Assembly: GCF_009914755.1 (NCBI RefSeq) | Contig: NC_060935.1 | DNA length: 64,000 bases | Direction: 5' to 3' (one strand) | Origin: the human T2T-CHM13v2.0 reference genome, Homo sapiens | In this document: positions 58,895-64,000 of the stretch, piece by piece | Layout of the letters: each line of letters begins with the position of its first letter | Position numbering within the stretch: position 1 is the first letter of the stretch | Notes under the pieces: generated by a model | What the model was told of the DNA's origin: nothing | What the model saw: only the letters and a program-made list of their open reading frames with translations | Database searches by the model: none | Position numbers and translations under genes: made by a program

Positions 58895-59262
58895 TGTATT
58901 AGTTCATTCTCACACTGCTAATAAAGACATACCCGAGACTGGGTAATTTATAAAAGAAAAAGGTTAATTGACTCACAGTTCCACATTGCTAGGGAGGCCT
59001 CAGGAAACTTACAATCATGGCGGAAGGTAAAAGGCACGTCTTCACAGGGCAGCAGGAGAGAGAACAAGAGCCAAGCAAAAGTGGAAGCCCCTTATAAAAC
59101 CATCAGATCTTGTGAGACTTGTTCACTACCATGAGAACAGTATGGGGGAAATCACCTCCATGATTCAATCATCTCCCACTGGGTCCCTCCCACAACACAT
59201 GGGAATTATGGGAGCTACAATTCAAGATGAGATTTGGGTGGGGACACAGCCAAACCACATCA
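58895..59262 (-). mobile_element. THE1-family MaLR solo LTR
   Basis: 368 bp. The minus strand starts TGATGTGGTTTGGCTGTGTCCCCACCCAAATCTCATCTTGAATTGTAGCTCCC and ends CTAATACA. Imperfect 5-bp TSD GGAAG/GGGAG. Confidence 0.88.
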
Positions 59263-60704
59263 GGGAGCTTGCCTGCCTGGTAAGCATGGGGGAGAGGGGT
59301 CAGACGGAGCCACAGCTCTGTGGCCTTAGGAGGTCAGTAAATGCAGAGAGCAGCATGCGGAACAGAGGAGGAGGTGACTGGGGCTGAGAGGCACCCACAT
59401 GGCGTGGAGCACATTGGGGGGCGAGGGGTGATCAGAGGTCCTGCAGGTGGAGGAGCAGCTGCTAGATGTGCCAAGAGCAGGTCGAGGATCCCAGGGAGGG
59501 GCTGGCCTGGCTGGGTGGGTTCCACAGGGCTGGGGAAGGAGAGTGCAGAGGACAACGCCTAATGCTGCAGGAGAGAGGGGCAAGTGTGGAGGCGTGTTCT
59601 GGGGCCGGGCACAGGCAGGAGCCAGGACAGAGAGGGGGCCAAGCGTCTGGGCCCAGGGGCAGGAGTCAAGGGGTGAGGAGGGGCCGTGCATACAGGCTCT
59701 CTTTGGAGGAGAGGAGGCACAATGGGAAAGAAACTTCTAGAAGGTTCTACAGACCAGAGGTTAAGCCACTTGTCCAAGGTCATATCGCAAGAAAGGGGCT
59801 CTGTGTGGATTGGACCTCATGCCTCAAGGCCAGGGGCTAGAAAACCTGGGCTTACCCTGAGGGCTGCAGAGTGAAGCCTGTGGAGGCATGGCGGCTGCCT
59901 CCTTCTCTCTGTGCTCTGGCCTCCAGGCCCGCCTCACCTCCACCTGTCCTGACCACCACAGAGATCCTGCTGAGCACAGACCCATGGCAAACCTGTGGCA
60001 GGAACTGGCGACCTCCAGCTAGGAATGGCTGTGGGGGGCCCTGGATCTGGCCACCTGTGACTATGCCTGGCATTGCTGGTCTCTGCCCCGGAGGCCCCTT
60101 CCCTGGGTCACTGGCCCTAACCTGGGTCCTGTCAGGGACCCCCTGAACCGAGGGGCTGCTGCCTCAAGGGTGCCCCTCCGTCCTTGGGCCACACGTCCAC
60201 TGTGGCCAGTTGGCCTCTGGTTACACCCTTGTCTCCTCACGAGGCCATGGGGACCTCGATGACTGCCCCCCACCTGGGCTGGGTGCTGGCCTGGCCCTCA
60301 GAGGCGCTTCACTAAGTGCTTGCTGGGCAGGTGAGAGCCGCAGTGCATCTCCCATGTGGAGAAGGCAGAGCGTGTCTGGGTGGGAGGTCAGCCCTGCCCG
60401 CTTCCGTTTGTCAACCTGGGGCTAGGTCTCCTTGCTCCTGGCAGGACCTCCGACATCCTCGCCATCCACGGAGGCAGAGATGGGGCAAATAGCTCTGGTG
60501 TTGGTGTTCCCCAGCATCAGCCAGGCCTGGAGGGATGGGGCAGACCCCAGCTTAGGGGTGGAAGGTTTTGGGGGGTCCACCAGGTGAGGCTACTTATACC
60601 ACTCACATCCTATAGATATGGACCAAGTGGGTCCCTTCTGTACCACCTGCACAGAGGTTCTGGGGCTTTGTTTTTTGTGGGTTTTTGTTGTTGCTATTTT
60701 GTTG

Positions 60705-60850
60705 TTTTGTTTTGTTTTTGTTTGTTTTGAGACAGGGTCTGGCTCTGTCACCCAGGCTGTAGTGCAGTGGCACAATCACATCCCGTTGCAGCCTCAACCT
60801 CCTGGCCTCATGTGATCCTCCTGTCTCAGCCTCCTGAGTAGCTGGGACTG
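60705..60850 (-). mobile_element. Alu right-arm fragment
   Basis: GAGACAGGGTCT...TAGCTGGGACT preceded by a TG/T-rich tail. Confidence 0.85.
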
Positions 60851-62379
60851 GTCACCTTATTTGTGACATGACCAGTGAGCCTGGGTGGGATCCTCTCTAT
60901 CAGTGCACCTGCCTCTCAGGACTGTGCTTATGATTCCCTTGGGAAACGTCTATCTCTACATTGAGAGGAAGACCCTCAATGCATCTGTATACAACAGACA
61001 GGACCTCTCACCTAATACTTAGATGACAGCTTAACCAGGGAACATCACCACCTCCCCCCAAAAACAAAACATACACACACTTTAGTCACAGGTAAACCCA
61101 GCTCAAGAGGGGCCCCCAGTCCTGGCCACTGAATAGGGAGAAGGAGGCCTGGCTTGACCCCATCTCTGCGCTGTGGTCAGCCCACTCTCTTGGGTCCCTC
61201 ATCCCCTTGTCTGTTCCTTGAACTGTGAGCGGCTTTGTGGTTTGGGGGTCTTATATGTTGCTCTGTGATTGAAAGTGATTTGTTTTGGCTGAAAGTAATT
61301 TGTTTTCCAGGCTAATTTGATTATCCCCAGGGGGGCTTCCTACCTGGGGCCCCAGGCTGCCCGCTATTACCATCAATTACCATAAAGACCCTCTTCAAAG
61401 GGCAGGACCCCTGAGGTTGGCCCATTAAGGCAGGGCTGAGCCCCTGCGGGCCAGCAATAAACTTTCTGATGTTAAATGATGGCTGAAGTGTCAGACGCAG
61501 GTGATGGGGAGCTGGGGCCAGGGCCACTGTGGCTTATGAGGGTGAGATGCCTACTCATTGAAAACCGGGTCTCTGTGGGGTTTCTGCAGCCCCCGGCAGG
61601 GACACCCTGAGTCAGCCCTGGAGTAACAGACAAGGTCCATCTACGCTTTCCTATATGAGGCTCCCAAAATGGGCAGGCCCTTGGAAACTCTTTCCCAAAT
61701 CTTGTCAACAACCCAAGAGGCAGGGGTGATTTGTGCCCATTTTACGGGTAAGGAAACTGAGGCTCAGAGAGGTGAGGGGACCTGCCCAGGCCACTCAGAG
61801 AGAAGGTGGAAGATTACAGGATAGAGAGGTAGGCCCAAGTACCACCCACTCCACCCAGAGACCCCCTAGATGTGACAGTTGTTAGGCACGTGCCCAATCT
61901 CTTCAGCCTCAGAGTGTTTGGTTCTGAGGTTGGGCTTGTGAGCACCTCCCAAGAGGAATCAGCCCCATGACTCACTGGCCAGGTCTAACAGCCCCAGTAC
62001 CTTGCACAAATGACTGGGCTCCGTGGGGCATCCGAAGCCAGAACAGGAGACGAGTCTGTCAAGCAGTTGGGCCTCCTTTAAGCAGATATTTCAGGAGCGG
62101 CAGGATCCTGAGGGCTGTGCTGTGATCCCACACACGTGGGCAGGGCCACGGCAGGCATCTGAGTGCGAGGAATAGCTGAGACTTCACTGGCAAACAGCTG
62201 GTGTCCAACTTTGCCAACTGGGTCCCATCCCCTGCGGGTGCAGGGTCATAAGCCTGGTGACACCCTCTGTGTTTTCTCCCAGCTCTTCCCAAGGGAGTCA
62301 GTGGATCTCTGGAAACATTCCGTGGGTGCCTAAAGCCTTGACCTGGGGGCCAGTGAACCATATAAACATTACAAATCCT

Positions 62380-62716
62380 AGGAAAGAAAAGGAAGAAGGG
62401 AAGAAAAGGAGAGAAAAAGAGAGAAGGAAAGAAAGGAGAGGGAAAGAGGGAAAGAAAAGAAAGAAGAGAGAAAGGAGAGAAAGAAAAGAAAGAAGAGAGA
62501 AAGGAAATAAAGAAAAGATAGAAAAAAGAAGGAAGGAAGGAGGAAAAAAAGGAAGGAAAGAGAGAAGAGAGAAAGAGAGAAAGAAAGAAAGAAAGAGAAA
62601 GAAAGAAAGAAAAGAAAGAAAAAGAAAGAAGGAAAGAAAGAAAAGAAAAAGAAAGAAAGAAGGAAAGAAAGAAGGAAAGAAAGAAGGAAAGAAAGAAAGA
62701 AAGAAAGAAAGAAGGA

Positions 62717-62771
<55 letters not shown>
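62380..62771 (+). repeat. ~390-nt polypurine (AAAG/AAGG/GAA) tract
   Basis: Nearly pure A/G and not attached to a recognisable Alu. Confidence 0.92.
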
Positions 62772-63379
62772 GCTTCTTTCTCCCCACCCCCTGCAGCCAG
62801 AGTCCATCTTCCACTACAGCAGTGAATGTTTGGTTGGAGCCAAGAGAGGAAGAATAAGGACTTTCATAGATGCTCTGGTGGCTGGAAATGCAGTGAAGGA
62901 ATGCAGGAGACAGGATGACCTTTTACAGAAAAAATTCTCCTTTCTCAGCCCGCCCAAGGCTCTGCTGGCTTTTCCTGTGGCTTTCCCAGGGATTCCCTGT
63001 GAACCACTTCCTTTCGCCCCAGTTGGAATATCTGGGAGGAAAAACCTGTCGGGGGACCCCTTGGCTGGGGTTTGTGCCAGGGACCCTCTCAGGTCTTCCT
63101 TGAAGATGAAATGTGCCAGCATCCAGCAACAGTGTCCTGCCCAGGCTGTGGATTTCCTCCTGGCAGGTCCAGACCTAGCTCTGCTGCCCACCCACCTCTT
63201 CCCACCAAAAGGAGAGTTCATTATGGGGGTGGGGGGTGTAGATGGAGCATAAGCAAGTTGGCCATGGGCTGGGGAGAGGCTACATATAGTTAGTGATCGT
63301 ATCTGGGGCAGTATGAGATTCATGGTTTGCTTTGATTTTATGACCAAACTTTTGGGGTATTTATAGGATGGCTAATGTT

Positions 63380-63666
63380 CTCCATGATCTCTTATTACAT
63401 GGTAAGCCACTTCAAAACTTAGGGGCTTAAAACATCCACCATTTTATTTTTCTCATAATTCTGCAGTTTGGGCAGGGCTCAGCAGGGATGGCTCATCTTG
63501 GATCCATGTGGTGGGCTGGGTCACTCCCATGGGTACATTCAGCTGGGAGCGTGGTTGATTGAAAGTTCCAAGATGGCTTCATCCACATGCCAGGTGCCTT
63601 GGCTGGGCTGGCTGGACAGGCTGGGGGCTGGCTGGGCATTCTCATTCTTATTCATTCATTCATTCA

Positions 63667-63703
<37 letters not shown>

Positions 63704-63830
63704 CTCCTGCATGGTCTTTTGCTACATAGTCTTTTCAGCACGGTAGCTGGACCTTTTTACCTGATGGCTTGGGTCTGCAAGAGAGAGATAGCAGAAGCTG
63801 GCACAGGTGAAGCTGCACCCTCCTCCCCAG
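63380..63830 (-). mobile_element. MLT1-type LTR fragment with (TTCA)n/(TC)n
   Basis: AAAACTTAGGGGCTTAAAACA...TCTCATAATTCTG...GGGCAGGGCTCAGC...TCCAAGATGGCTTCA pattern. Confidence 0.55.
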
Positions 63831-64000
63831 AAACAACTCCTAGGTATATACACCCTAGAAAAATGTGTGTGCTGGAGCCAGTGTTGTTGGGAATGGCAGC
63901 AGCAACAACAATAACAAGAAAAGATCTGAACATCCCCAACAGGAGAATGGTCACATGGTTTGTGCTATAGTCATGTGGTGGATTGCTAGGCAGTGGTGAA

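Noticed and set aside
62059-63252. 331-, 251- and 169-aa K/E/R- or F/S/L-rich ORFs
   Set aside because: Translations of the polypurine tract.

Overview
Human genomic DNA from the 11q13.3 CCND1-LTO1-FGF19-FGF4-FGF3 region. I identified it from two spliced minus-strand genes: the 5' half of LTO1/ORAOV1 (coding exons 1-3, 625-4115, continuing off the left edge) and the complete three-exon FGF19 gene (CDS 28136-32750, 216 aa). FGF19 has a TATA box, an ATF4/CEBP AARE, a CRE, an intron-2 IR1 FXR element and an ATTAAA poly(A) signal. The rest is intergenic and repeat-rich: about 50 Alus, old L1 fragments, MaLR/ERV1 solo LTRs, Tigger3a, MER53, MADE1, MER5/20/58, microsatellites and purine tracts. There are no prokaryotic features, and nearly all ORF-track entries are repeat or GC artefacts. 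I find no well-supported new gene system. The least explained structure is a set of local duplications around FGF19: a 154-bp 96%-identical inverted repeat with template-switch junction signatures (47807-48463), a ~210-bp direct duplication 3.1 kb apart, a 65-bp direct duplication 1 kb apart and a 2.3-copy 1.25-kb tandem array. There is also a 40-bp ETS-motif minisatellite, an orphan CpG island and several motif-dense candidate enhancers. Repeat subfamily names come from recalled consensus sequences, not from a search.
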